64,000 nt of DNA, from positions 1,768-65,767 of the forward strand of contig JAIXQF010000004.1 in the NCBI GenBank assembly GCA_027484085.1, written 5' to 3'. This document shows, in pieces, positions 47,062 to 57,455 of the stretch. The number at the start of each line of letters is the position of its first letter. Position 1 is the stretch's first letter. The notes below the pieces were generated by a model. It was not told the DNA's origin. It ran no database searches and worked only from the letters and a program-made list of their open reading frames with translations. The DNA comes from Actinomycetales bacterium (GTDB taxonomy: Bacteria; Actinomycetota; Actinomycetes; S36-B12; UBA5976). A program made the position numbers and the translations under genes.

Positions 47062-48234
47062 ATGCGGTCATTGAACAGAATCGGTCTCGTGGTTCTTGCG
47101 ATTTTGGTGGTTGCAATCGTTGGCTTTTGGATTACCAACAAAGATGGAGCGAAGACGCCGCAGGCAAATACCTCAGTTATGGCCTCGCCTAGTGCGAGCC
47201 CAACACCAAAACTTCGCACTATCTCTATCGTTTCTAGTGGCGACATTCTGTTGCACGAGCGCCTCTGGGCACAGGCTAAAGCTGATGGAACAAACGGAAA
47301 CTGGGATTTCTTTCCCCAGTTTGCTCCGTTGGAGCCGGTGATAAGTGCAGCCGACTTAGCGCTGTGTCACCTAGAGACACCGCTCGCCAAACTAAATGTC
47401 GGTTACGAAGGTTATCCAACCTTTAATGCGCCACCGCAAATCACCGATGCAATAACAAAACTTGGTTTTGACATGTGTGGCACCGCTTCTAATCACAGTT
47501 TGGATCAAGGATTTTCTGGACTTGTTAGAACGATTGAGATTTTGGATGCAGCCGGCATTCCACACACAGGTACTGCAGTTTCGCAAGCAGCGGCAAGTAA
47601 GCCGTTGATTATGGATGTGGAAACTGAAAATGGTTTAGTTAAAGTTGGAATTCTTTCTTACACATATGGCTTTAATGGTTTTGAACGGGATTCTGACAAA
47701 CTTTGGAGCGCAAACTTAATTGATGCTGAAGCAATAATCGCTGAGGCAAAGTTGGCTAGATCGCAAGGTGCCGAGCTGGTGATTGCCAAATTGCATTGGG
47801 GAAATGAATACACCAACAAGGCAAATGAATATCAAACTTCACTTGCTCAGCAACTAGCTGATTCTGGTCAGATTGATTTACTAGATGGTTCACATAGTCA
47901 TTCGGTTCAGCCAATCACGCAGATTAAAGACACTTACATTGCATACAGCCATGGAAACTTTGTGGCTGCGCATCGCGAACCAACAACCATTAAGTCTGAG
48001 GGTTTAGTTACTCGCTGGGAATTCGTTGAAGATACTCAAGGAAAGTTTTTATTATCCTGCGTACAAGATGTGCCAACACTTATTCGGGATGATCGTCCAG
48101 TACGTGTTATCGATGTAAACAAGGCTCTTGAGACCGGCGAGTATTACGGAGAAACCAAAAAGCGCTTGGAGCAAGCGAAAGCCAGATCGGATGAAACCGT
48201 TCGAGCTCTTGGCTTTACAAAGTTCTGTAACTAA
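47062..48234 (+). CDS. CapA-family (PGA_cap metallophosphatase-like) exported protein
   Basis: 390 aa. N-terminal TM/signal. SSGDILLHERLW, HWGNEY, GSHSHSVQP motifs. Confidence 0.85.
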   Translation: MRSLNRIGLVVLAILVVAIVGFWITNKDGAKTPQANTSVMASPSASPTPKLRTISIVSSGDILLHERLWAQAKADGTNGNWDFFPQFAPLEPVISAADLALCHLETPLAKLNVGYEGYPTFNAPPQITDAITKLGFDMCGTASNHSLDQGFSGLVRTIEILDAAGIPHTGTAVSQAAASKPLIMDVETENGLVKVGILSYTYGFNGFERDSDKLWSANLIDAEAIIAEAKLARSQGAELVIAKLHWGNEYTNKANEYQTSLAQQLADSGQIDLLDGSHSHSVQPITQIKDTYIAYSHGNFVAAHREPTTIKSEGLVTRWEFVEDTQGKFLLSCVQDVPTLIRDDRPVRVIDVNKALETGEYYGETKKRLEQAKARSDETVRALGFTKFCN

Positions 48235-48244
48235 CGGATTGGTT

Positions 48245-48508
48245 TTAGTTACTTATCTTCTTTGCTAATGACACTAGGAGGATAACTAGTCCCACAATGA
48301 ACATAAGTGCGCCAGCAGGAATTGTGAAGAACATAAACCACGGCAACGCTGCAGGACCGCAGTTTCCTTCATTTGCATCAGGACCACAAAAAACAAGTGA
48401 AAGAAATGCACCGGCAATAAATGGGGATACTGCAAAAAGTGGTGCAATGAGCATCATGCTCAATCCAGTTTTAAATCGAAAGGTCTTTCGCTTTTCGTTG
48501 TTTTCCAT
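48245..48508 (-). CDS. Small 2-TM membrane protein (hypothetical)
   Basis: 87 aa, two clear hydrophobic helices. No recognisable motif. Confidence 0.45.
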   Translation of the reverse strand: MENNEKRKTFRFKTGLSMMLIAPLFAVSPFIAGAFLSLVFCGPDANEGNCGPAALPWFMFFTIPAGALMFIVGLVILLVSLAKKISN

Positions 48509-48561
48509 TTGGTCCCCTTCGGAAAACTCAACTTATAAACAGTGGGAGTGATCTCTGATTC

Positions 48562-51402
48562 TTAACTTACCTTGGCTGAACTTGCGGTCAAGTAAGTAGT
48601 TGGCGTGGTGCCGGCACTAGTTCCGGTAACTTTCACGGCAAGGTACTTACCTTTATAGGCAGTGACCACAGCTAGCGAGGTCTTGGTCTGCTTGGCAATT
48701 GCCTTACAGGACTTGGGAATGGTTGAAGTCATGGCTTTTACCTGAGCAGTGCATAGGTACCACTGATATGTGAACGTTGGGGACGGGATTCCAGTCCAGA
48801 CACCAGGCTTGAGAGTTAACTTGTTAGATCCTGCTTTAGTGGATGCCGCTTTGCCTGAAACTGTCGGTTTGGATGCTGTAACGGACGCCTTCTTATTCCA
48901 TTTTGCATGAAGTGTCTTATCTACGTATCCACTTGATGTGAATGGAAAACTAATCACCGAACCAGTTGGCGCTGTAGACCATCCAGCAAAGACATACCCT
49001 GAGCGAGTCGGTGAAGTTGGCGCGCTCGTTAGCTGCTGGCCATATGACAAGGTTCGACTTGCTACAGCAGAGCCACCCTGTGAATTGAAACTGATTTCAT
49101 ATGTATTGAGACTCCAGATCGCATACAAGGTGACGTCTGAATTTACTTCTGGATCAAATGGAAAATCTATGAGCGAGCCGTCTTCGCTAGTGGACCAGCC
49201 CAAGAGTGTGTGACCTGTCCGAGTTGATACCGGTGCTTCTTGAATCAAACCATCTGCGGTCACCAAATCCGAATCAACGGAAGTTCCACCTGTTGAGTTG
49301 TAACTCACGGAGTAACGAACTTCTTCTGCTGCTCTTTCAATCACCAATCCATTCCAAGTCTCGCCATGCTCAGCAAAACCTGTTGCCTCATGTTTGACGT
49401 AAGCCTTTGCTTCAGGGGCAACATTCACAAATGCATTGTTGCCAATACTTGGTGCATTTCCAAGAAACTCAAAATTGTTCAGAGATGTTGCCCCATAGAA
49501 CGCATATGCGCTGATCGAAGTGGTTGTTGCTGGCAGTGCAATTGATGAAAGCGCAGTTGCGCCATAGAAAGCACCATGTCCGATAGACGAAAGTTGAGAG
49601 CCGTCTGCAATCGTGACGCTAGCCAAAGATGTCGAATAAGCAAATGCATCATCACCAAGTGAAAGTACGCCTGAAGGAATTGTGATTTCACTTAGTCGCG
49701 ACTTTAGGAAAGCAACTACTCCGATTGAGCTGACACTAGCCGGAATTGTATATGTAGTTGCATTTAGTCCCGATGGATACTGAAGCAAGGTACTTTCTGC
49801 TTTGTTAAATAGGACCCCACTTTTTGATGTGTAAAAACCATTCGCTGCATCAACTTCAATTGACGTCAGAGCGGGTGTGTTGTAAAAAGCATAATCACCA
49901 ATTGAAGTGACGCTTGCGGGAATTGCTACTGAGGTAAGACTTATCGTGTTGGCAAAAGCTTCCGTGCCGATTGACACAACTGTGGCTGGGATTGTTACTG
50001 ACGCTAATGAAGAGGTGTGAGCAAAAGCTCCATAACCTATTGTTATAACTCCGTGCGGAATGTCGATTGAAGTTAGGGCAGTTGCACTGTAGAACGCATA
50101 TCTCCCAATCGATCCAAGCTGACTGTTAGGCGAAAACGTAACGCTTTGGAGTGCAGAGGCAGAATCAAACGAACTTACTCCAATGGTCGTAACACTCGCT
50201 GGTATGGAAACCGACGAAAGCGACGTTGCCCGGTAAAAAGCGTAGTCAGCAATTGAAGTGACACCGGAAGGGATTGTGTAGGAGTTCGCAACTGATCCCA
50301 TCGGGTATTGAATTAGTAATGTTCCAGCTTTGTTTAGAAGCGTGCCATCGACTGACATGTAGTTTGCGTTACCAGAATCGACATCTATCGAGGTGAGATT
50401 TCGGCAATTCAAAAACGCATCGTTTCCTATCGATGTAACAGTGTTAGGAATATAAATTGTGGAAAGTGACGTTGCACCGCTAAATGCCATATCGCTAATG
50501 CTCGTAACACCGCTCGGAATCACAACAGCACCAACACAATCCTCTCCGGCAGAAAGGACGCCGCCGGTAATTGTGTAGGTGGGACTGGTGTCATCTCCAA
50601 CCAAAGGCACTCCAGTAGAACACTTAAACTCACCATTGTTAAGTTGCCATCTTGCGTAAAGCGTAAAGTCGGCATTCGCTGCAGGGCTGTATGGGAATTC
50701 GATCACCGATCCGTTTTCACTTGTTGACCAACCCAGAAATGTGTAGCCAGAACGAGTTGACGAAGGCTCATTTTGAATTGAGCCGCCAGCTGAAAACGAA
50801 CCGATATCGACTGAAGATCCTCCCCTGGAGTCATAGGAAACCGAAAAGCTTTCCTCTTCGACGATTAATCCATTCCAAGTTTGGCCTATGCTCGCAAAGC
50901 CTGTTGCGCCTGGCTTAATGATTGCTTTAGCACCATTTGCAACAGAACTAAATGCATCAAATCCGACACTCGGTGCGTTTCCTAATAGGAAGACACTACT
51001 TAGGGATGTCGCGCTCTCAAATGCATAATCATCAATTGTTGTGACATTTGCTGGGATCACAACACTTGCTAATGATTCTGCAAATGAAAATGCATAACTT
51101 CCAATTCGAGTCAATTGACTGTTTGATTGGAAGGTCACCGCTTGAACAGCTGGTGCATACTCAAATGCCGAATCGGCAATACTCGTTACTGCGGCTGGGA
51201 TCTCTACTGAACCCGAACAGTTGGAATGCGTTGTTACGGAGTTACTCGTAATTGTGATGCTGCCTGAAATGCTGCAATCAATTGTTCCGCTTGTGCCGTT
51301 GTAAGTAGAGGCACTAGCCGGCGTAGATGTTCCAAGACTTGCTGCAACAATCAAAAGGCAAGCAAGTGAATAAATAGGTCTTGCGAATACTCGTTTTGTC
51401 AC
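48562..51402 (-). CDS. Secreted BspA-type leucine-rich-repeat (LRR_5) protein with Listeria-Bacteroides repeats and a Lys-rich C-terminal module
   Basis: 946 aa, GTG start, signal peptide ending ASA. Two LRR blocks of ~23-aa units (ATSL.S..IP..VT.IG..AF). Three YTF/LLGWSTSE..S.I.FP...D.TLYA.W repeats. C-terminal TYQWYLC...C module shared with 57456..60830. Confidence 0.85.
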   Translation of the reverse strand: MTKRVFARPIYSLACLLIVAASLGTSTPASASTYNGTSGTIDCSISGSITITSNSVTTHSNCSGSVEIPAAVTSIADSAFEYAPAVQAVTFQSNSQLTRIGSYAFSFAESLASVVIPANVTTIDDYAFESATSLSSVFLLGNAPSVGFDAFSSVANGAKAIIKPGATGFASIGQTWNGLIVEEESFSVSYDSRGGSSVDIGSFSAGGSIQNEPSSTRSGYTFLGWSTSENGSVIEFPYSPAANADFTLYARWQLNNGEFKCSTGVPLVGDDTSPTYTITGGVLSAGEDCVGAVVIPSGVTSISDMAFSGATSLSTIYIPNTVTSIGNDAFLNCRNLTSIDVDSGNANYMSVDGTLLNKAGTLLIQYPMGSVANSYTIPSGVTSIADYAFYRATSLSSVSIPASVTTIGVSSFDSASALQSVTFSPNSQLGSIGRYAFYSATALTSIDIPHGVITIGYGAFAHTSSLASVTIPATVVSIGTEAFANTISLTSVAIPASVTSIGDYAFYNTPALTSIEVDAANGFYTSKSGVLFNKAESTLLQYPSGLNATTYTIPASVSSIGVVAFLKSRLSEITIPSGVLSLGDDAFAYSTSLASVTIADGSQLSSIGHGAFYGATALSSIALPATTTSISAYAFYGATSLNNFEFLGNAPSIGNNAFVNVAPEAKAYVKHEATGFAEHGETWNGLVIERAAEEVRYSVSYNSTGGTSVDSDLVTADGLIQEAPVSTRTGHTLLGWSTSEDGSLIDFPFDPEVNSDVTLYAIWSLNTYEISFNSQGGSAVASRTLSYGQQLTSAPTSPTRSGYVFAGWSTAPTGSVISFPFTSSGYVDKTLHAKWNKKASVTASKPTVSGKAASTKAGSNKLTLKPGVWTGIPSPTFTYQWYLCTAQVKAMTSTIPKSCKAIAKQTKTSLAVVTAYKGKYLAVKVTGTSAGTTPTTYLTASSAKVS

Positions 51403-51630
51403 ATCGTCCCCGCAACATCTCGAACTTTTTAGTCACTAGAGGGTTAGCCGATGTGACTAATTGCCACCAGAATAGGGGGATCATTTTGCTGTCCGCAATA
51501 GATATTTGAAGGAATTCTTTCTCCAATTTCTGGGCCATTTGGAGCCTTTGTAACTTGTCGTGATCGGCCCTCGACGAGACGCTTGCCAAGAAAGGCTGAT
51601 TTACCTGAAGTTAGATAGCCTTATCGTCTT

Positions 51631-52818
51631 ATGAATCGCCCGCTTTCAATCGATGAGCCCACTCTCGAAGTTATTGAAAAACACTTTGCTGGCCTCTACT
51701 CAGGTGAACTTGGACTTAGCTCAATCAAGGGTGGACAAACTGCTGCAAATCAGGCACTAGCCCAATTGGATATCACCGGCTACGCAGCAAATCGTTCCGA
51801 GGTATTACCGATAACCAAGCGCGGTGCAACTGTGCTTTCTCCCTACATCAGACATAATCTCTTGACGCTCGACCAGGTTTACAAGTCTGTTAAATCAGCT
51901 CCTTATAAAGATCGTGAAAAGTTTAGAGACGAACTTTATTGGCAGGAGTACGCTCGACACCTTTATGCCCGAATTGGCACTCGGCTGTTTGAGAATTTAC
52001 GTTTTGAGGCAAATGTTCATGACCAGGGTGACGGCTGGAATCGTGACATGAGTTGTGTGAATAAAGTCGTTACAGAATTAGAAACTGATGGCTGGCTTGT
52101 CAATCAAACTCGCATGTGGCTCGCTTCGCATTGGACAGTGAGAAACAACTTCAGTTGGCAGCTCGGCCAAGAACGTATGTATCGGGAATTGATTGATGGA
52201 TCACGAGCTGCAAACCTGCTTGGTTGGCAGTGGACAGTTGGCGCAGGAACTGGAAAGCCTTATGGCTTTGCTCGTTGGCAAGTAGAGAAGCGAGCACCAG
52301 GATTATGCAATGGGTGTGCGCTAAACAAATCTTGTCCGATTCAAGAGTTTCCGGAAGAAGTAGATTTAAGCCGACTCGAAGTTGACTCACTTCTGGAATT
52401 CGATACTGATCCCGAAAAAACTTCAGGACCCACTACTGTCGTGAAGCTTACAAATCCAGATTATGTTCTCTTAACAGTTGACTCATTGGGTGATGAAGAC
52501 CCTGCACTAAAAGCTCATCCTGAACTTCCTGTCGTATTTGTGTTTAACGAAACGGCACTACAAAAACTTCAATTGAGTTCAAGGCGAATTGGCTTTTACA
52601 TCGAGACACTGCAAGATCTGGCTCAACGACGCGACTTACATGTCTACCTGGGCAGCCCGTACGAATTTGCTAAAGACAATCAAGTCGCAGTGACGTTTGC
52701 GCCCGTGCCATCATTCAAGAAATTCGATTCACTCGCCGAAATACATCCTTACCCGTGGCTACAAAAACCACATGCTGGATCTGTTAAAAGCTTTTCTTCT
52801 TGGCGCAAGTCAAAATAG
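51631..52818 (+). CDS. Cryptochrome/photolyase-family FAD-binding protein with atypical domain order and a four-Cys cluster pattern
   Basis: 395 aa. Photolyase helical-domain motifs lie at the N-terminus (GGQTAANQAL, LSPYIRHNLL, ELYWQEYARH, GWLVNQTRMWLASHW, LIDGSRAANLLGWQWTVG). Cys142, Cys226, Cys229 and Cys235 are present. The C-terminal ~130 aa resemble a photolyase alpha/beta domain. Confidence 0.72.
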   Translation: MNRPLSIDEPTLEVIEKHFAGLYSGELGLSSIKGGQTAANQALAQLDITGYAANRSEVLPITKRGATVLSPYIRHNLLTLDQVYKSVKSAPYKDREKFRDELYWQEYARHLYARIGTRLFENLRFEANVHDQGDGWNRDMSCVNKVVTELETDGWLVNQTRMWLASHWTVRNNFSWQLGQERMYRELIDGSRAANLLGWQWTVGAGTGKPYGFARWQVEKRAPGLCNGCALNKSCPIQEFPEEVDLSRLEVDSLLEFDTDPEKTSGPTTVVKLTNPDYVLLTVDSLGDEDPALKAHPELPVVFVFNETALQKLQLSSRRIGFYIETLQDLAQRRDLHVYLGSPYEFAKDNQVAVTFAPVPSFKKFDSLAEIHPYPWLQKPHAGSVKSFSSWRKSK

Positions 52819-52964
52819 TTGGACTTGATCAACCAATTATAGGTCTGGTGTTCCTGCGCCTTCATACGCAAAAGGCCTACAACGTAGACAGATTCAAAAT
52901 ACTCAAATCAAACAATAAGTCTCATTACGTTGTTGCCATGTAATTATGGGACTAACTTGAATAC

Positions 52965-54731
52965 ATGAAGTTAACTTATCGTTTGATTGTTTCTACCTTT
53001 GCGATGATTTTGCTTCTTGCTGGTCAAAGTACTGTCTCCTACGCGCAAGACATGGAGCGAATTGAAGAGTTCGTAATTGATGTCGACGTAAGAGCCAACG
53101 GTGATGTGCAGATTGTTGAAACGATTACATATGACTTCGGCGATCTTGAGAGACATGGAATCTTCCGCGAGTTACCAATCAGAGACAAACTAGATTCTGG
53201 TGATTTCTGGGCGCACCCAATTGAAGTTAATTCGGTAACTCGCAATAGCGATGCTGAAATGTATTCTGAAAATCAAGATGGCTATTGGACATCATTAATG
53301 ATTGGTGACCCAAATGTATTTGTCTCTGGACTTCAAATCTACAAAATCAATTACACAGTAAGTGGTGCTCTTTTCCCGCTTGCCGAGAAAGACATCACTA
53401 AATATCCCAATTTGAAAGCAGGGGACGTCAGCTTTTATTGGGATGTAATTGGCAACAGCTGGCAAGTTCCAATCGAACGCGTGATTGTCAGCGTTAACTT
53501 GCCCTCAACGAACAGCTCATTAGTATTGGCCGAAAACTGCACATTTGGCATCCCAGGTAGCGATTCACAATGCTCGTCACTTAGCTCCCGTCGAGCCTGG
53601 GCATCTAATAGGGCACTGCAGCCCGGTGAATCGATGACTATTTCGATGCAGATGAGTCCAGCATTGTTTGAAGTAGAAATTCTCCAAGTCATTGATCAAG
53701 GCCCCATAGAAGTTTTTTCAGGTGCGTGGATTGCAGCGGCAAAACTGTACCTGCTTCTCGGTTGCGTATTTGGAGTAGCAATTTTTGGCACCATTATTTT
53801 GTTTTGGCGCAGGCGACTTAGCCGATTGAACAACAACAGGGTTCTCGAGGTGGTGCGCTTTGACCCACCTTCAGGTCATGTGGCTGAGATATCCGCGGCT
53901 TGGAAGGGATCGGTTGATGCCAGAGCAATCACAGCCACTTTGGTTGATCTGGCGGCTCGTGGCGTAGTCGAAATTCAAGTAAACGAGGAAAACAACTTAG
54001 TGGTCAAACAAAAAGAATTTGAACTAGACCTTAAAAACTACGAACAAGATCTCCTAAAGACTTTGTTCAGAAGTTCTAGTCAGGTCACAATCGAGGGCTA
54101 CGATGCAGAACTTTCAGGTGTTGCTGAAACAATTTCGAAAAACCTAGTAAAGATTGCAGAAGACTCTGGAGTTCGCAATGTTTCTGGATCTCGTTCACGA
54201 AATTCATTTGTTATCGGTTTACTACTGAGCGCCTTCTTCCTCGCATTCAGTGTTGTCACCCTTGGATCGCCAAAAATATTTGGCTTGTTATTTCCGATTG
54301 CGCTTGCAATGTTTATTGGATTCTTGCTAGCAACAGTCAGAACACCACGAGTTGAGACTGCTGAATCTGCTGAGTTCTTGTCGCATTTACTTGGATTTAG
54401 GAAAGCCATGGATACAGAAGCGGGTGCTTTGCGCAGAAAGTTTGCTCAGGAATCTGGATTAGCTCCAGGAAACATCTTTGCCACGTTGCTACCTCTAGCA
54501 ATTATTCTCGAGCTAGAAGATTCCTGGCTAGCAAATTTTGTTGACCTGACCCTTAATGAGATCTCGTCCACAGGGATTCAAGTAAGTTCGATTTCCAGTT
54601 TGCAACATTCAATTCGCCAAAGCCAACAGGTCTTATTGGACGCCATGACTTCTCCAACCTCGTCCGGTTCTGGAGCTAGTGGTGGAAGTTCTGGTGGTGG
54701 AGGCGGAGGTGGTGGAGGTCGAAGTTGGTAG
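52965..54731 (+). CDS. DUF2207-family membrane protein
   Basis: 588 aa. Signal peptide, ~230-aa extracytoplasmic beta-rich domain, TM helices, cytoplasmic loop, characteristic Gly-rich tail SGSGASGGSSGGGGGGGGGRSW. Confidence 0.75.
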   Translation: MKLTYRLIVSTFAMILLLAGQSTVSYAQDMERIEEFVIDVDVRANGDVQIVETITYDFGDLERHGIFRELPIRDKLDSGDFWAHPIEVNSVTRNSDAEMYSENQDGYWTSLMIGDPNVFVSGLQIYKINYTVSGALFPLAEKDITKYPNLKAGDVSFYWDVIGNSWQVPIERVIVSVNLPSTNSSLVLAENCTFGIPGSDSQCSSLSSRRAWASNRALQPGESMTISMQMSPALFEVEILQVIDQGPIEVFSGAWIAAAKLYLLLGCVFGVAIFGTIILFWRRRLSRLNNNRVLEVVRFDPPSGHVAEISAAWKGSVDARAITATLVDLAARGVVEIQVNEENNLVVKQKEFELDLKNYEQDLLKTLFRSSSQVTIEGYDAELSGVAETISKNLVKIAEDSGVRNVSGSRSRNSFVIGLLLSAFFLAFSVVTLGSPKIFGLLFPIALAMFIGFLLATVRTPRVETAESAEFLSHLLGFRKAMDTEAGALRRKFAQESGLAPGNIFATLLPLAIILELEDSWLANFVDLTLNEISSTGIQVSSISSLQHSIRQSQQVLLDAMTSPTSSGSGASGGSSGGGGGGGGGRSW

Positions 54732-54773
54732 GACCTTAAATGTTGTTTTGCCTTTGATTTACAGAGCCTGAAT

Positions 54774-57302
54774 TCAGCGAATTGCTATGACCTTGGTCGT
54801 TTTTATGGCTTTTGGCGTCTTACCCGTTTTGAGCTTTGGTTCCTGAACAGTAAACGTCACAATGCATTTACCTGCTTTTATCGTTTTAAGTTTGGATTTA
54901 TAAACAGTGCAGACGTTCTTAGACAATTTTGATACTGAAATTGTTACGGTTGCTCGTGAGGAAATTACTTTGACACTGTAGCGCTTGGCTAATGTTTTCG
55001 AATCGTAAAACTTTTTAGCAGCAACGGCATTAGCTAGAGAACCAGAGGCGGGAAGCTTTACAGACGTTGGTGGTGGTGTAACAACCGTGGTGACAGGAGG
55101 AACCTGCGAGATTCTCTGTGGAACCGTTGCTCGCAAACCGACCGATGTTTCACCATATTGAGAGCCGTAAGTTTCTCTCTCAATTGCAGTTACCCAATAG
55201 GTGAAGCTTTTCCCTTGATCGGATTCCGAGTAGACGTCTTCTACAACTGGATCTGCATTTCCAGTTATCCAATTCTTGCCATCTGAGCGATACACCGCGT
55301 AACTACTTGCACCAACCGGTGCGGCAAATGAAATTCGTAATCGATCTGATGTGATTTCCTGAGTCTGCAGTTCAGTTGGGGCGGCAAGTGGTGCAGAGAA
55401 TGCTAGAAACCAATACGTTGGCGAATGTCGACCAGTTGCGCGACATGATTCGTCACTTGCGAAGACGGAAAAAGTTTGCGGGAGCCCTGGAAGCACCCCA
55501 TTAATCACTGCGCTTGTTTGCGAAGTAGGTGTCCATTGTCCTTGGCCTGCGTCGTAATAACAATATGTTGTTGCTGAACTGATGGGATCCCAAGAAGCAG
55601 CAATTTGGGTTCTGCTTGTAACCATAACTTCAACATTGAGCGGTGCGGGTAAGTATGAAGTTGACCACGTAATTGGACTGGATACGTCACCGAGATTTCC
55701 AAGTTCATCGACAAACCTAAATTGTCCGGTAACTGAATTTGTTTTCATAATGTAGTCACAAGTTATGAAAGTACTTCCGCTTGTTTGCGAGCAAGGTGCG
55801 CGATCACCATTCTCAAAACTAATAACGCCTTTAGCTGTTGGCGCCTTGTGCCGGGTGTAAAAGTGAAGAGTGCTTGCGCTAGTCCAAAACTGATACGCAT
55901 CAGGTGCGTCAAAAGAAATGGGCGTGACAGGTGTCGCTAAAACTGGTTCTGTTTTAACTTGCTCTTTGCTAACGACCTGAATCGAATACTGGGTATCGTT
56001 CGTTAACTCAATGATGGTGAATTCGGAGGATTCCGATTCAGCTACTTTCTTTCCATCAAGATAAATACTGTATGGCGCTGTTCCAATTGCTGCGTTTTCC
56101 CAATTAACCAATAGAGCTGAATTCAAAGCGGTAACGGTTAATCCCGGCTCTAAAGAGTTAGCGGAGAATGATCGAGCCATCTGAACCGCACTAAGAGCGT
56201 CAACCACTCCTGCTCCGGTGTAGAAACGCGTCGGCCACCTTGCAGGCGAGAGTCCCGAGCACTCCCAAACATTGTCAACGCGAGAACAGCTTTCCCAAAG
56301 ATCTGGAATAGAGATAACAGGTGAAGTTGTTGATGCCTGCAAAATAGCTTGAATTTGAGAAGGGGTTAGGTTTGGTGACGCCTGTTTAATCAAGGCTACG
56401 ATTCCAGCAACCATTGGAGTTGCTGCGGAAGTGCCACCAAAATATGCGTTTGGTCCCCATGGATAAAGTGTTGCGACATCGGTTCCAGGTGCAACCACAT
56501 CAACAAATGATCCAAAATTTGAATAGCTATTTCTGGTGAGATCTCGCCCAATAGCTCCAACCGTAATCATGCCTGGAATTGAAAGTGAGCCAGGGAAACT
56601 TCTTGGCATGGTTGTTTGGGTGCAGTTGCGATTCGAAATTTGGTTTCCGTTTGAAAATGTTGCGGCGCAAGCTTGATTGCCAGCCGCAGTAACTACCGAG
56701 ATGCCCTGCGCAACTGCGTCATTGATTAGCTGAGTGACCGCAGGATCAATTCCTGATCCTGCCAAACTCATACTGATCACATCTGCATCGTTATCGATAG
56801 CCCACTTCAAGCCATCAACAAGCCATTCGTTTCGGCATTGGGTATTTAGGCAAACTCTCACATCAAGAATCGAAGCCCCTGGTGCAACGCCACCGATTCC
56901 TGCCTCTGGCATTGGGTCAGCTGCGATAATGCTGGAAGTTCCGGTTCCATGGTCATACTGACCCGAAACCGAATGCGTTGCATCGAAGCGAGCAATCACT
57001 TTGCTAGCAATCCTGCTATCTCTGGTGTCAATCCCGTTATCAAGCAGCGCGATTCGAATTCCCGATCCAGTTACTCCTGATGCATTAACTTGATCCGAGT
57101 TGATCAAGTCATATGCCCAACGATTATTTGTCGGGGACATTGGGATTGAAAGTGAGGCGACTTCGCTATCGCCATCACCAAAATCTGTACTACTGATTTG
57201 AGCGGAATTTGCAGGGCCCGCGATCCACCCAAATGTGATTGCAAATATGAATTGATAAATCGTAAATCTGCGGATAGCCCGTGACCTAAAGACATTCCGC
57301 AT
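54774..57302 (-). CDS. Secreted S8 (subtilisin-family) serine protease with three FN3-like domains and a Lys-rich C-terminal domain
   Basis: 842 aa. Catalytic Asp (ALLDNGID), His (HGTGTSSI), Ser (GGTSAATPMVAG). The FN3-like segments start at PGLTVTALNS, PAPLNVEVMV and PTELQTQEIT. Confidence 0.9.
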   Translation of the reverse strand: MRNVFRSRAIRRFTIYQFIFAITFGWIAGPANSAQISSTDFGDGDSEVASLSIPMSPTNNRWAYDLINSDQVNASGVTGSGIRIALLDNGIDTRDSRIASKVIARFDATHSVSGQYDHGTGTSSIIAADPMPEAGIGGVAPGASILDVRVCLNTQCRNEWLVDGLKWAIDNDADVISMSLAGSGIDPAVTQLINDAVAQGISVVTAAGNQACAATFSNGNQISNRNCTQTTMPRSFPGSLSIPGMITVGAIGRDLTRNSYSNFGSFVDVVAPGTDVATLYPWGPNAYFGGTSAATPMVAGIVALIKQASPNLTPSQIQAILQASTTSPVISIPDLWESCSRVDNVWECSGLSPARWPTRFYTGAGVVDALSAVQMARSFSANSLEPGLTVTALNSALLVNWENAAIGTAPYSIYLDGKKVAESESSEFTIIELTNDTQYSIQVVSKEQVKTEPVLATPVTPISFDAPDAYQFWTSASTLHFYTRHKAPTAKGVISFENGDRAPCSQTSGSTFITCDYIMKTNSVTGQFRFVDELGNLGDVSSPITWSTSYLPAPLNVEVMVTSRTQIAASWDPISSATTYCYYDAGQGQWTPTSQTSAVINGVLPGLPQTFSVFASDESCRATGRHSPTYWFLAFSAPLAAPTELQTQEITSDRLRISFAAPVGASSYAVYRSDGKNWITGNADPVVEDVYSESDQGKSFTYWVTAIERETYGSQYGETSVGLRATVPQRISQVPPVTTVVTPPPTSVKLPASGSLANAVAAKKFYDSKTLAKRYSVKVISSRATVTISVSKLSKNVCTVYKSKLKTIKAGKCIVTFTVQEPKLKTGKTPKAIKTTKVIAIR

Positions 57303-57400
57303 TTTGATGTTTCCGATTCAATCGAAGCATGATCTTGAAGGCTCTACCTCTAGTCATCATGCTAACGGAGTATCAAGATGTATACGGAAAACGTTTGGAA

Positions 57401-57420
57401 CTGGCGCGCTCGAAGGGATT
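57401..57420. repeat. 20-nt duplicate of the 3' end of tRNA-Arg(ACG) (ctggcgcgctcgaagggatt)
   Basis: Identical 20-mer at 60962-60981, where it is the T-arm/acceptor/CCA end of the tRNA gene. Direct orientation, 3561 bp apart. Confidence 0.85.
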
Positions 57421-57455
57421 TCAGCCATTAAACCTTTAACGCAACAGGAAACTCG

